The translations under genes were made by a program, and so were the position numbers. The notes under the pieces were generated by a model. The model did no database searches. It was not told where the DNA came from and saw nothing but the letters and a program-made list of their open reading frames with translations. Positions 37,291-49,556 of a DNA stretch of 64,000 nucleotides are shown one piece after another (within the stretch, counting starts at the first letter, position 1; each line of letters opens with the position of its first letter). Location: the NCBI RefSeq assembly GCF_964204645.1, contig NC_134027.1, forward strand, positions 14,602,485-14,666,484, read 5' to 3'. Source of the stretch: Tubulanus polymorphus. Lineage: Eukaryota; Animalia; Nemertea.

Positions 37291-37516
37291 TCGCACATAA
37301 ATTCATCTTCTATCAGATTCGACAACTAACTGCTTCTAATTGAAATGTAGAATTCTGATAGTAATATAACACGCATTCGCTCCGCGTAGATTATACCTAT
37401 GCACTCTCCGTCCTATTTCAAACTTAAAATTACTTACTGAAAGATAACACCGGATGATAGTAGCAATCGCGCCTCGCCCTGTCCGGTACTCCCACTAACG
37501 ACAAAAACAGCGTCCT

Positions 37517-37590
37517 GTCCTGTGGCATGGTGGATAAGGTGTTTGACTCCCAACTGAGAGGTCGAGGGTTCGAATCCTAGTAAAACCATG
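37517..37590 (+). mobile_element. tRNA-like SINE head or tRNA pseudogene
   Basis: A box TGGCATGGTGG and B box GGTTCGAATCC at tRNA spacing; acceptor and anticodon stems pair poorly. Confidence 0.55.
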
Positions 37591-40500
37591 CATTAACACA
37601 GTACAGCGCCGGCGCGCAACAGTTGTTTTATTAATGAAACAACATGGTGGATGGTTGAAATCATTTTCGGCTTAAATTTATCGCGAGTTTTAGGACTTAA
37701 GTGAATTTCACGAAACGATGATTTCTAAAATGAGTCGATTGATTAATTCTATTCGTAAATCAATTTACGTTGGCTACATTTCCTGAAGATTTAGGGGTCA
37801 AATCAACGTGATATGGACAGAAATTGTAAGAATTTTCACACGGAATTTTACTTCCGCGTTCAGTTGACGACTCGGATCGATGACAACGACAGCGGAGTTT
37901 ATGTATTTTAAGGTGAGAATCCGTTAACCAGGGAATGTATTAAATGATTTCTTTAATAATATGAGTATGGTAGCAAATGAGTAGGCCTACTCGGTGAAGC
38001 AATGATCATTATTGTTGGCTACTTACTGAATGCCCAGCTTTTTGGGGGATGCGCCTAGAATAGATTTAGGCCCTAAATATAATGGGTAGAGCCAGTCAGT
38101 GGAATGCCTTAATAGCAGCTAGTTATGGCCTGGTTTACACTGAATGTGCATGACAATTTATTTTGATTACTTTCTTTCCAGCTATTATTCGTGGAATGAA
38201 CTGGTCACTACGGTCTTCAATTCCTTTGCGGATTCTTGTAGGAATATTAAACCACAGTGCTCAAATGTATGTTTAAAATTAGGCTTTTTCGACATTGACA
38301 GCCAAAGACGTAACTTAACACGCTAACTGAAGCGCAACTGTCTCAGTTGCTGTAAGTACTTGACGTTTTGCGTAATTTTTTTTTGTAATGCAATATTTGG
38401 ATTAGTAATCAGTCGTGCTAACGTACATGCAGAATTGGATTCATTGTAATTATGGGATGATAATTCATGGGCGTCACGAGTCCTGCGACATACCCTTGAT
38501 ATGAAGCTTTTTTAATGTTAATCATTGACTTGTTTTGGAGTAAACTGAATAGCCCTTAAAATACCAATGCCACGTGGCTTGGTGTCTATGCTCTACGAAA
38601 CTGTAGTAATAGATTTTCACAACAAACTCATGATTTCAAATAGTCTCCTAAGATATCTATATATTATTTCGCTCCTTACCTAAGTAATTCTTACATTTGA
38701 TTGCTTATTTACAGATGGAAAGAGGTCAGATGGCATGAAAATCGACTGTGGCTGACTAATTGGCGCGAGATGAATGAAAACTTCACCTTGATGATCATCA
38801 GTTGATTTTGCTGTAATTATTTGCCTGGATATATCCTTCATTTCAAAATCTGTCTTCAGTAGAATTTCTTTCAATAAAATATTTTGAAGATTGAATTTGA
38901 ATTGATCTTAAAACCAGAGAAAGCATTCAGAAATTTAGAAAATCCTTGACTCATAATCAAATTCTGTGAAGTCAGTTAAGGTCTTTTTGGTCGAATCAAG
39001 CCGACGGCTCAGGTGACTAAAACTCAATTCCTCACTGTCTTATAATGCCGAGTACGACGGAGTTTACACACTGAAACACGTTGGGCTGTGTAAGTGTAAT
39101 TTGGATAAGTCCACAATATAATGACTGCTTGGCCCGCTGCATCCGAGACGTCAACAAGTTAGACTGTATGCTTCGATGACAAACTGACTCCTACGCAAGA
39201 TGACCATCCAAATCAAATGTAAATTAAGAAAGAAAACAACAAAACGAGTTCGGTTGATTGACAAAAATAAATCAATAGTTTATTACAATACTTTAATTTC
39301 AAAATAAGGATAGGAAAAAGTGAACAATAAGTGTGTTTGTCATACGTCTTTAAATATTTCCCAAGAATATTTCTTTTTCTGGCCACCACCTGCCTCTGTG
39401 TCAGACTTTTTCGAGATGATTGTGCTAAAAATACAAAACAAGACAAAATTGATTGATGGGAATCATACATACTACAATTCACCTTTACTGCGAACATTGG
39501 AATGAGCTTAAGCAATTTTCTAGGAGGAAAAATTGAGTCAAATGATGTTTCAAAATCTGGACGGGAAAAGTTTTACTGAATATTCTGGCTAATGGCAAAT
39601 ACATGTTTATATTGATAAGGTTAATATCTGTATAAAAGGTTGTATAGCAACTTGAATTGAAGGATTAATGCAATAGGTCTCTTATTCTAAAAGACGAGTG
39701 AGCCATACTTACTAGATTGGTCATATGAATCAACATCAAATTTAGAACTATCATCCATTTTTAGTTTTCAATCAAAGAACAACCTATGAAATAAAGTACA
39801 TATTTTTCTGATAACAACCTGGAATAAATTAAAATAAATCTGAGGAATTTACCAAATTTCTGTATCGAACCCCTAATATATTACCTATAGATTGATACTT
39901 TCATACGACAAATTGACGAAGAAACTTCAGTTGACAGTATACTACGGAACCCCGGAGGGGACATATGAAAAAAAAATTCATTTACATTAATCCGTGCGCA
40001 CGGACGTTATTTTCCTGTAGCTAATCCGTGTGCACGGACGTTATTTCGACTATAATATCAATGCGCATATGGTAAGGGTGAGTGTATGCGTTATAGAGCT
40101 CTTCTCTTCAGGACTGCACTGTAAAAACTAAGAACGCAGTGAACATACTGAGAACACTGAAATAAGGTGTTCCCGAACACTTTTTAATGAATTTGGAACA
40201 TCATCGAGTGTTCTAAGCTGATTTAAGTGCAAAAGCTCGTTCTGATGAACGCTGAGAACGGCTATGGAACGGCAAGAACACACCGATCACTCCACTAGAG
40301 CGTACGTGACTTTTCAAAGCGTTCTAGCACGCTTCACTGCACCTCGCTGACTGTGGAGAATCATCTTTAGTAAGCTTTTGTATTCTTGATCTTATAATAT
40401 TAATCGGCATTCATTGGAAGTAATTATGTCAGATCATGTAGGCCTAAACAAACAGTGCATTTCACAGCCGGCGTAGGCCTAATAATCGCGCCACGATGCG

Positions 40501-41200
40501 CCATAAATGCAATGAATGAATGCGGCAGAAAATCTTTTGGCGGAGGCCTCCACCATAACTGCGAGCTAAGTGAAGCCACATTTTTTCAGACAATTATTAG
40601 CGGCCGCTGCCTTGTGAATTAAAGTTTTATACCAAAAAATATTTTCCTCGGTGACTCCGCGCTGTTAATCAGGGCAGGTCTCGAACCTATGAACTAAAGC
40701 TGCAATCTCGCTCAAGAAAGTAAATTTGATTGATTTGACTTTTCTCAAGGTCGTTGAGCTTAAGCTGTCTGCTAAAAACGAACAGTCGCCAAAATTCCAC
40801 ATTCATTGCCTTAAGAAATTATAATTCGAGGCCTTTACGGGTATGATAGTTTACATCTCTGTAGGCCTAAATGAAAAGATAAAAGCTGCGGTGCATTTTA
40901 TTGGCATGATGATATACTGAAACTGTGTTATTTTTCTTTTCAGTTTCTTTGCCGTTCAGCCATGCCCATGCAACGATATATTGCATTCCAAGATATTACT
41001 AGTTTTACGCGCATACTGGAAATTTGCTCTTATTTGAATTTTGACGTCAGCGATGAAGTGATTGATAGCCACTTTACCATATGCTTTTTTAACATAGGAC
41101 AGTGCAACCTGATCCAGAATATTTGTGCCTATTATTTGATCGAATATCAAGTCATAAATACAACATTATCGTTGTAGAATCAGTACAGTAGAGAGTAAGT

Positions 41201-43732
41201 ATGGTCTATACTTGTAACTTATGTAACTTTTTTTCAATAAGCAATGATGATTTTAAAAATCACATCTTAAGAAAACATAGAAATGATCCACATTTCAAAA
41301 TAACGTGTGATGCCTGTGGTGCCACCTATCATAATTATTTTTCATATCGTAGTCATTTTAAACGCCACCATGCCCATAGGGAAGAAGTTGACCATGAACC
41401 CGATGACATAGGCCTACCAGAACCGCAAAATCTCCAAATAGGCCTAAATGATGATCCTAGACCTGACTTAGGCCTAGTGGAACATGATATTCAACAAAAT
41501 CAAAATGAACTCAATGTTGCAGCAGTTGACCAACTGAAAATGAGTGCTGGGCAATTCATTCTAAAAATGAGAGCTGGCCATAAAATAAGTGCAAGAGCAA
41601 CCTGTGAGATGCTTGAAACAGTCAGCCAGTTTACTGAAATTGTTTCTGAGTGTACTCGTGATAATATTCTTAGATTAGTTCCTGGACTGAATGAAGAACA
41701 AAAGAATTTGATTACTCATTACTTTGCTGAAAAGCAGGATGTATTTGCTGGGCTTCAAAGTACTTATATGCAGAACAAGTTCTTTAGAAATAATTTCTCT
41801 TTGGTTGAACCTGTGGAAATAGTGTTAGGTCATTATTTCAAAAAGGTCAAGGTTAAAGGTAGATATACTTTCAAGAAAGCCCCTGCTCTTGGCTATTTTA
41901 TACCATTATTAGAAACTCTTAAATCAATTTTGAGTATACCTCAAGTAAAGAATTGTGCCAATATAAGTCATGCTAGTGAAGATCAATACATGCGAGACAT
42001 GTGCGATGGTACTTATTTCAAAAACCATCCTCTGTTAAAAAAAAACCCGAATGCACTTTGCCTTCTTGCATACTGTGATGATTTCGAGCTAGCCAATCCG
42101 ATTGGAACTCATGCCAAATTGCATAAAATAATCATATTCTATGTAGTTGTATGCAACATTCCACCTGAATTACGATCAAAATTGCCAGTAATTCATCTTG
42201 TAGCTGTTACACTGAGAAAGTATATTGTTGGTCACAGGGACAGGCTTCAAAAGCTTCTTAAAAATTTTGTTGATGATCTAAACACTCTCTATGATGGGTA
42301 CACATTCATCTTACCCTCCGGCATATATCGTACTAATGGGACTTTATTGGCATTCACTGGAGATACGCCTGCAGCAAATGAAATTGCTGGCTTTAAAGAA
42401 GGGGTTGGTGGAGCCAGCAAGCCTTGCAGACTTTGTGATATTCATAAGAATGACATGAATGCTATATTCTGTCCCTCTGACTGCATGATTCGAGAAGAAG
42501 TTGAACATAGAGAGAGGTGTAATTACCTGAAAGAACTTAGTAGGGCTGATAGGCTTCTAATGAGTAGTGAGTATGGGATAAATAATGATTCTGTGTTGCA
42601 AGGTATCAATGATTTCCAGATAACGAAGTGTTTTCCTATGGATGTCATGCATGTACTACTGGAAGGAATTTGCAATTATGAGACCAAATTATGTCTTCGA
42701 CATATGGTATCTGATAAAAACATGAATGTTAGTGTTCTAAACAACTGCATAGCAAATTACAGCTATTCTGAACTTGAAATGAAAGATAGACCTCAACCCA
42801 TAGATAGAAAAACTCTTTTTGGTAATGGAAAACTAAATCAAACGTCTGAATCTATGCGGATATTAATGTATCATTTGCCATTCATTTTGAACGCTATGAA
42901 CATACTAGATGATAGAGATGAGTATTGGAGTAACTGGATACGTCTTCAAAAGATAACTATTCGGAGTTTATCCCCTATTATATCTGATGAAACTATTGCA
43001 TTTATAGATATATCGGTTGCAGTACACAACAGAAAATTCGTAGAGATTTATCCCGATGAGAGCTATACGCCAAAATTGCACTATACGGTACATTTGGGGG
43101 ATCAGATGCGAAAATATGGTCCTCTGCGCACACATTGGTGTATGCGCTTCGAAGGGAAACATGGTTTTTTCAAAAAGATGAAATGGAACAATTTTAAGAA
43201 TATTGCTCTAGTTATTGCAACAAAGCACCAGCAGTGGCTTTGTCTTCAGCAACTCGGGACGGATGGGCAAAGATCCATGCGTTTCTTAAATGACGAAGAT
43301 GACATAAAATTTGGGCACATAATGCATGAAGACGAAGACCATTTCAATGATATAATGACATATTTAGTACGTGAAACACATAGATTGCAGATAGGTCCTT
43401 TGATGATAAGCCCAAAGATCGTCGTACATGGTCATATTTACATGCCTGACAACATTCTCCTTTTAGAATTCGATGAAGATGAATATCCCGTATTTTGTAA
43501 GATTACTAAGATTGTAGTTGTTCAGGAAGAGAAATACTTGCTACTTGATAGGTTTTTAGTCGAGAGGTATGATTACACTCTCAATGCTTATGAGCTTCGA
43601 GAGGATCACTCTTGTAGTAGAAATAAGATCTTGTCTGTTCAGGATCTCCAATTCCCTTGGGTACTGCCCCAAAAATGCTTTGGTTATAAGAGATATGTTT
43701 TACTTTGCTATAGTCCTCTCGTAATGTTGTAA
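41201..43732 (+). CDS. EnSpm/CACTA-type transposase with two N-terminal C2H2 zinc fingers, 843 aa, intronless and intact
   Basis: CNLC..HILRKH and CDAC..HFKRHH fingers. Core motifs AYCDDFELANPIG..HKI, FTGDTPAANEIAGFKE..PCRLC, PMDVMHVLLEG and TPKLHYTVHL..YGPLRTHWCMRFEGKHGFFK. Confidence 0.92.
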   Translation: MVYTCNLCNFFSISNDDFKNHILRKHRNDPHFKITCDACGATYHNYFSYRSHFKRHHAHREEVDHEPDDIGLPEPQNLQIGLNDDPRPDLGLVEHDIQQNQNELNVAAVDQLKMSAGQFILKMRAGHKISARATCEMLETVSQFTEIVSECTRDNILRLVPGLNEEQKNLITHYFAEKQDVFAGLQSTYMQNKFFRNNFSLVEPVEIVLGHYFKKVKVKGRYTFKKAPALGYFIPLLETLKSILSIPQVKNCANISHASEDQYMRDMCDGTYFKNHPLLKKNPNALCLLAYCDDFELANPIGTHAKLHKIIIFYVVVCNIPPELRSKLPVIHLVAVTLRKYIVGHRDRLQKLLKNFVDDLNTLYDGYTFILPSGIYRTNGTLLAFTGDTPAANEIAGFKEGVGGASKPCRLCDIHKNDMNAIFCPSDCMIREEVEHRERCNYLKELSRADRLLMSSEYGINNDSVLQGINDFQITKCFPMDVMHVLLEGICNYETKLCLRHMVSDKNMNVSVLNNCIANYSYSELEMKDRPQPIDRKTLFGNGKLNQTSESMRILMYHLPFILNAMNILDDRDEYWSNWIRLQKITIRSLSPIISDETIAFIDISVAVHNRKFVEIYPDESYTPKLHYTVHLGDQMRKYGPLRTHWCMRFEGKHGFFKKMKWNNFKNIALVIATKHQQWLCLQQLGTDGQRSMRFLNDEDDIKFGHIMHEDEDHFNDIMTYLVRETHRLQIGPLMISPKIVVHGHIYMPDNILLLEFDEDEYPVFCKITKIVVVQEEKYLLLDRFLVERYDYTLNAYELREDHSCSRNKILSVQDLQFPWVLPQKCFGYKRYVLLCYSPLVML

Positions 43733-43800
43733 ACTGCTGTTGTTTTTATAGATTTTATAGAAGGCTAGGTCACTGGATGTGGTGTGTCTGTCAGAAACTA

Positions 43801-43961
43801 CAGTGGAACCTCGTTACTTCATGAGACCAGAAAATATGTTCATTATAACTGATATATTTTGAATCCAGTAGGAAAAATTATAGGAGGTCAAATTATCCTA
43901 TTTTGAACAGTTTGTAATAACCGATAAATCGTTATATCTGATGTTATAACGAGGTTCCATG
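43801..43961. mobile_element. Tc1/mariner (pogo/Tigger-like) MITE
   Basis: TA|CAGTGGAACCTCGTTA ... TAACGAGGTTCCA(-)TG|TA. Confidence 0.65.
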
Positions 43962-44093
43962 TATATCCAACTATCTGACTACTCCTTTAATGCTAGAATT
44001 TTTGTGGAAATATTTCTTATTGCTTAGGTAAACTGTCCGTTTGAAAAAGCAAGGTTTTCAATCTCACACTGACAGTGTCAGCTTTATTAAAAT

Positions 44094-47000
44094 ATGTGTT
44101 CGGTCGACAACAAAACCACACTTCATCGGTGCATAAATTCAGCAGGAAACAAAGTTTTCTTGATCGCGTCATCACTAAAAATGTTAAAAGATAAAGGTAT
44201 GTAAGTCGATATTTGGTATTATGTAGTTCAAGTTCAAGTTCATGTAAATATACTGGTTTATTTAATCTTGTATAACAATATTTTTGGTTGTTTAGCTACG
44301 AAATGGTTATCTTCAAGTGAAGATGATCCACCGTCAGTGTACACCAGCGATGGAACTGAGATCTTCGACGAAGAGGTGTTTGAGGTGATTTCACAAACTG
44401 ATACGACTCTCCTCATATTAAAGTCTGGTGAAACTCTGATCAATTATGGTGAGTATATAGGCGTATATATTCTTAGAAATGGTGAATCATCAAATTATCA
44501 CAAACTTGTAGTAGTTGTTTTAACTAATAATAATTCAATTATAACTTTTATTAGACGTCCATAAGAGTACTCTTCAACCTGATTTATCTTCGTCAACTGA
44601 TACTGACATCAGCTCAGAAAGGTCTGATTTCATTGATTCGGAGGAATCGGCATCAATTTTGAGTATATCTTTTATATACTATCAATTATAACAGGGTTCC
44701 TACAGCCCCTCAAATCCCTCGAATAACCCTCAAATTTAGAATTGGTCATGTAGCAAGCCTGTAAAATCCAATATTTAAAGGAATTACCAAAACTAAGCGC
44801 TGATGTGGTGGATAAGCTATCAGCCTCTGCATCAGCTGCTGCCGCCGTTTGGGATGAATGTGTGACTCAAATGGCATACGGTTTACTCAAGAGACCCGAG
44901 GGAATCTCGACATCAAGACAATATACAGAGGCATGCCAAGAACTCATAAAAAGATATCCCAATTTGGCCAGAATCTCAGCTGGTAAAGTTACAAAGCCTT
45001 GGGTAAGTAATCATTATATGATATTACAATTACATTATATTATATTATAACCTTTAACTATTTGCATATTAATCTAAAACTTGGAATTTCAATGAAAAGT
45101 GATAGTTCATATCTCAAGTTGGATTCATCGAAGCAAAATCCTGAAATGTTTTTAAGGAAAAAGACTAAATACCGGTATATATGTTATAATTTTTAGCCCA
45201 CTTGGCCGAAGGCCATTCGGTTAGTCCCTGTGGTTGGTTGCACAGTTTTGATTTAAGTCCAAAAGTTGTCTTAAATTTTAGAAGTGATCTTAGGTTGTTA
45301 GATTGGCTATAGAACTTAGTTGGTCTTAAGTCTAAGCCGTGACTATGCAACCGGCCCTGGGTCTTAGTGTGGCCTGGCGTGCGTGTGTCATATTTCTTGT
45401 GAACGCTCTACAGACCACAGTTTTTGGCCAATCGGCTTCAAATTCACATATATTGTGTATGACCAAAACATCTCGGAGGAGTTTTATATTTGTATTAATT
45501 GGATCCAAGATGGCTGATTGGCGGCCATCTTGGTTTCTGAAATTTGAAATGAAATGGTCTATCATATGACCAAACAAGGTCATCATATCATCCAATATGG
45601 CCGCCTGGTGACCATCTTGGTTTCTGAAAATGCACAATTTTGATATTACCTGATATAATATTCCATGTAGATCTTTCATATTTCATATGAAAATGTGAAA
45701 TAAAAGGGTCTATCATATGACCAAACTAGGTCTTCTTAGCACCTGTCCTATTGTGCTTAGATTTTGTTTGATTAAGGTGGCTTTTAAGAAATCGATAAGT
45801 ATGAAAGTGAGACACATTCGGCACTACAGAAAGAAGAGAGATAATACGTCAGCTAGCAGTAGTTACAGGAAGGCAGTTAAGGTTTCAGGTAATTTTATGA
45901 AATGATAGTTTAGTCGTACATGTATGTATTATTAATGAAATATGGTATGATATTAAAACAGATGAATCTGTTTTAGCTTGCCGTGGTTTGAGTCGGGAGT
46001 CTCCGTCGTCGCCTGTTGGTGGTTTAGACGAAGACCGGAGTTCTTTCACAGCTGTTAAAGCGTCAGGTATTTATAAAATGAATAGTTCGTTGTTGTTCCT
46101 GATAAAATTCCAATCAAATTACCGCATCTAATTAGATGAGTCTCTTTTAGGTCGTTGTGGTTTGAGTCGGGAGTCTCCGTCACCTGTTGGTTTTCTAAAC
46201 GAAGACTGGAGTTCTTGCAAAGCTGTTAAAGCATCAGGTAGTTATAAAATGAATAGTTCGTTGTTGTTCCTGATAAAATTCCAATCAAATTACCGCGTCT
46301 AATTAGATGAGTCTCTTTTAGGTCGTTGTGGTTTGAGTCGGGAGTCTCCGTCACCTATTGTTTTTTTAAACGAAGACTGGAGTTCTTGCGAAGCTCTTAA
46401 ATCGTCAGGTATTTATAAAATGAATAGTTCGTTGTTGTTCCTGATAAAATTCCAATCAAATTACCGCATCTAATTAGATGAGTCTCTTTTAGGTCGTTGT
46501 GGTTTGAGTCGGGAGTCTCCGTCACCTGTTGGTTTTTTAAACGAAGGCTGGAGTTCTTGCGAAGCTGTTAAAGCATCAGGTAGTTATAAAATGAATAGTT
46601 CGTTGTTGTTCCTGATAAAATTCCAATCAAATTGCCGCATCTAATTAGATGAGTCTCTTTTAGCTTGCCGTGGTTTGAGTCAGAAGTTTCCGTCACCTGT
46701 TGGTTTTTTAAACGAAGACTGGAGTTCTTGCGAAGCTGTTAAAGCGTCAGGTAGTTATCTGAAATAATGGTTTAGTTGTATATATGATTGACGAAATTCT
46801 ATTTAGATTATGGTATGATATTAAAACAGACGAGTCTCTTTTAGTTTGCGGTGCTTTGAGTCAGGAGTCTCCGTCGCCCGTTGGTGTTTTAGCTGAAGAC
46901 CTGAGTCCTTCTGAAGTCTCAAAAAGTGGTAAGAATGATTCCAAAGTATATGAAATGTATTAATGTGAATTGAGTTCAGATGCCTCTTTTCTTTAATCTC

Positions 47001-48598
47001 TTAGACCAAGCTGACCTTGCTATGTTAGGAGAAAAGCGATTGTTGGACCGACCAAAGATATTCAAACTGATGAAGGCCACACTAGCGCAGCGTCGACAGG
47101 AAATAAGAAATTCAGGCGATATACTTTTCTTCATGCAAAAGTATAAATTTTTTCAACATTTAGATTATGTGAGTGCAAATATCTTTGATTTTGAAATTTC
47201 CACATCAAATAAGATTTATTTGGTTGTAAAGTTTGTTTTGGATATTTTTAGATTTTCGAGGAATTTCATTTGATGGGATATGCAAGGGACTTTCTACATA
47301 ATTTTTCTCAGAGATATGAATCAATGTTAGAAAAGTTAGCCACTTTGGCTATGATGAATGGAGATATTAGCGTAAGTCGCCTAGCCCGATTGATGTTGAT
47401 TTTTTAAATTACGAAGTACACTTTGAAGAGTTCTGCTTGGATAATGTAATCCTGCTATTTTCATCTGTTAGCTTCAACATTTTGTCCATGTTTCAACACA
47501 TGGCTAAATCTATATAGCTGCGTTCACACGACAACTAGTTAGACCGGTCTAAATCGGTCCGCACTGGGCCCACAGGATGTCGCCATGAGTATTTTACCCC
47601 AAAATTTATGTAAATGATCATAGATTTATGATTCCCTGGCAGTTTTTTATTTGAACAATTTTGACGCAGTGTACCATATATCTGGACACATCAACCTATA
47701 ATAGATTCTAGGTATTTTCCAGAACAATTTATAGGGATATCTATTCAACTATCAACATACGCTGAGATTTTAAGATAAATAATAATCCGTTAGCGTACAC
47801 ATTAATTTTAGGTAGTAAAGAAATTATATGAAATCTTAAAACTATATTAATAGGCTTGATAAGTAATTGCTGACGATACAATTGAATTGATATTGCAGAG
47901 TACGATTTAGACTGGCTCCTAGTACCAGTTTCTCTCCACGGCACACACACAGATTTAGTTCTGTCCTAATTTAGACCCATCTAAATAATGTCGTCTAAAC
48001 GCGCCTATACAGTATATGTATTCTAAACCTACGTATTTATCATTCTAGGAGGATCAGCATCAGATTGCTTTGATTGAGTTTGTACACAAGGAAACAAGCT
48101 ACAATTATTCACGTTGTATAATTTCCGTTGTTGACGTAAGTTCATTTGCCTAAGCTTGAGCTAATTATGAAAATATCTGGTACTTAAAATATTTCTGGTA
48201 TTTAAAACATTTCTCTGACTTGAATTTAAGGATAGTCAAAATCTCATACAATGTTTTTATGGTTACAGTATTGGTATTTTTAGGAAGTGGACTTTGGAAA
48301 GACCAGCAATTCAAAAAATACAGCATTCCCAAGTATTGTTGTGGTTGGTGATGGGGTATCGTATGCGCAATATTTTCTTTCTATCGGAACAGTGCTTATC
48401 GATTGTACCACCTACAAAGATCTATCCGGAATCAAGTTAGCATTACTGGCAACACTGGTATTGTACTACATTTTTGACCTGAACTATCCGAGACCTTTCA
48501 AGGAGTCCCTATCATTCTTTCAGGCAGTTCTATTTCAAGAAAATTGTCGTAAAGGCAATAGAACGGCCAAATTATTCAGCCATTTTACATGTAGTTAA
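44094..48598 (+). CDS. Second gene of element 3: multi-exon SAMD3-like transposon protein with an N-terminal CIDE-N-like domain
   Basis: Exons 44094-44196, 44296-44448, about 44555-44662, about 44781-45002, about 45778-45888, six repeat exons 45962-46928, about 47005-47168, about 47252-47371, about 48049-48135 and about 48284-48598. Motifs YTEACQELIKRYPNL..PW, LMKATLAQRRQEI and ALLATLVLYYIFDLNYPRPFKESLSFFQ match the SAMD3-like family. The phase of the exon 3 to exon 4 junction could not be resolved. Confidence 0.72.
45190..45730 (+). mobile_element. Fragment of a Pearl/HINE-like repeat with a small nested foldback (about 45235-45358) in an ORF2 intron
   Basis: Starts TTTTAGCCCACTTGGCCGAAGGCCA; contains CAAGATGGC/GCCATCTTG motif pairs; nested GGTTGCACAG..TTAAGTC / CTTAAGTC..CTATGCAACCGGCCC. 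Confidence 0.45.
45962..46928 (+). repeat. 171-bp exon+intron tandem array (six exons)
   Basis: Exons of 105, 102, 102, 102, 102 and 99 nt, all phase 1-1, separated by four 69-nt and one 79-nt GT-AG introns. Confidence 0.88.
47517..48006. mobile_element. Degenerate Harbinger-like MITE in an ORF2 intron
   Basis: AGCTGCGTTCACACGACA..TTAGACCGGTCTAAAT versus ATTTAGACCCATCTAA..TGTCGTCTAAACGCGCCT. Confidence 0.5.
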
Positions 48599-48651
48599 AT
48601 AATACATGTAGTTGAATTCCTGGAAAATCCAGCCTTGGTAAACTAATGAGT

Positions 48652-48893
48652 AGTTTGAGTAAAAATACAATATTAGAATTAAAATCTGACAGTGAGATTT
48701 AAAAGATCAGTTTGGTGGAGCAGATTTTGTGGCCTTTTAAAGTGAGAAGGGTCAGTGTGATTCTACGAGGCATTCATTAATTCATTCATCCTGACCCTAC
48801 TCACTTTAAAAGGCCACGACATTTGCTCCACTTAGGCGATCTTTAATTTCAGGGTCAAATTTCATCTTCAATAATAATTTTTCACTAAAACTG
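48652..48893. repeat. About 240-bp imperfect palindrome (foldback MITE) 3' of ORF2
   Basis: GTGGAGCAGAT..GTGGCCTTTTAAAGTGAGAAGGGTCAG versus CTGACCCTACTCACTTTAAAAGGCCAC..ATTTGCTCCAC. Confidence 0.7.
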
Positions 48894-49189
48894 TATGCTA
48901 TAAAACTACATTTCTGTATAGGCGGTAACTGTTAGGAATTTCATTTCAGGGGATATGTAAGGGATTTTCTAAGTGATTTTTCTCAAAGATATGAATCAAT
49001 GATTGAAAAGTTAGCCACTTTGGCTTGGATGAGTGGAGATATTATCATTTAGATGAACTAGAAAATGCGCATTCAGAAAAGAAATAAACCTGGAAAATCG
49101 GCAGAATTTTGAATTTGCTTGAACTATATATGCTCTTCTTTGATTGTGTTTTTATTTCACGCTTAAGGCTGAACTGTTCAGATATATTA

Positions 49190-49556
49190 TATTATGTTTT
49201 TTAGTGATGCAGACTGAGATGGTCAGATATATATTTTACCATGTGAATGACATGTACTAATGCAGCTATTTAAAGGCAGCATTCTCTTAAAAAGAGCGTG
49301 TATGTATTTGATTTACGCTTATTGTGGCCAAATACATTGGTTAAGGATTTTGATTCAATGGAGTTTGTGCACAAAGAAACCAGATACATTTTATTATGTT
49401 TTTTAGTGATGCTGACTGAGATAGTCAGATATATATTTTACCATGTGAATGACATGTGCTAATGCAGCTATTAAAAGGCAGCATTCTCTTAAAAAGAGCG
49501 TGTATGTATTTGATTCACGCTTATTGTGGCCAAATACATTGGTTAAGAATTTTGAT
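49190..49556 (+). repeat. Direct duplication of about 165 bp (period about 201 bp)
   Basis: TATTATGTTTTTTAGTGATGC...GGTTAAG(G/A)ATTTTGAT occurs twice. Confidence 0.85.

Noticed and set aside
37517-37590. Functional tRNA gene
   Set aside because: A and B boxes are present but cloverleaf stems do not pair well; better explained as a SINE head or pseudogene.
45962-46928. Satellite or CRISPR interpretation of the 171-bp array
   Set aside because: Units have GT-AG boundaries and open in-phase exons inside ORF2; there are no unique spacers.
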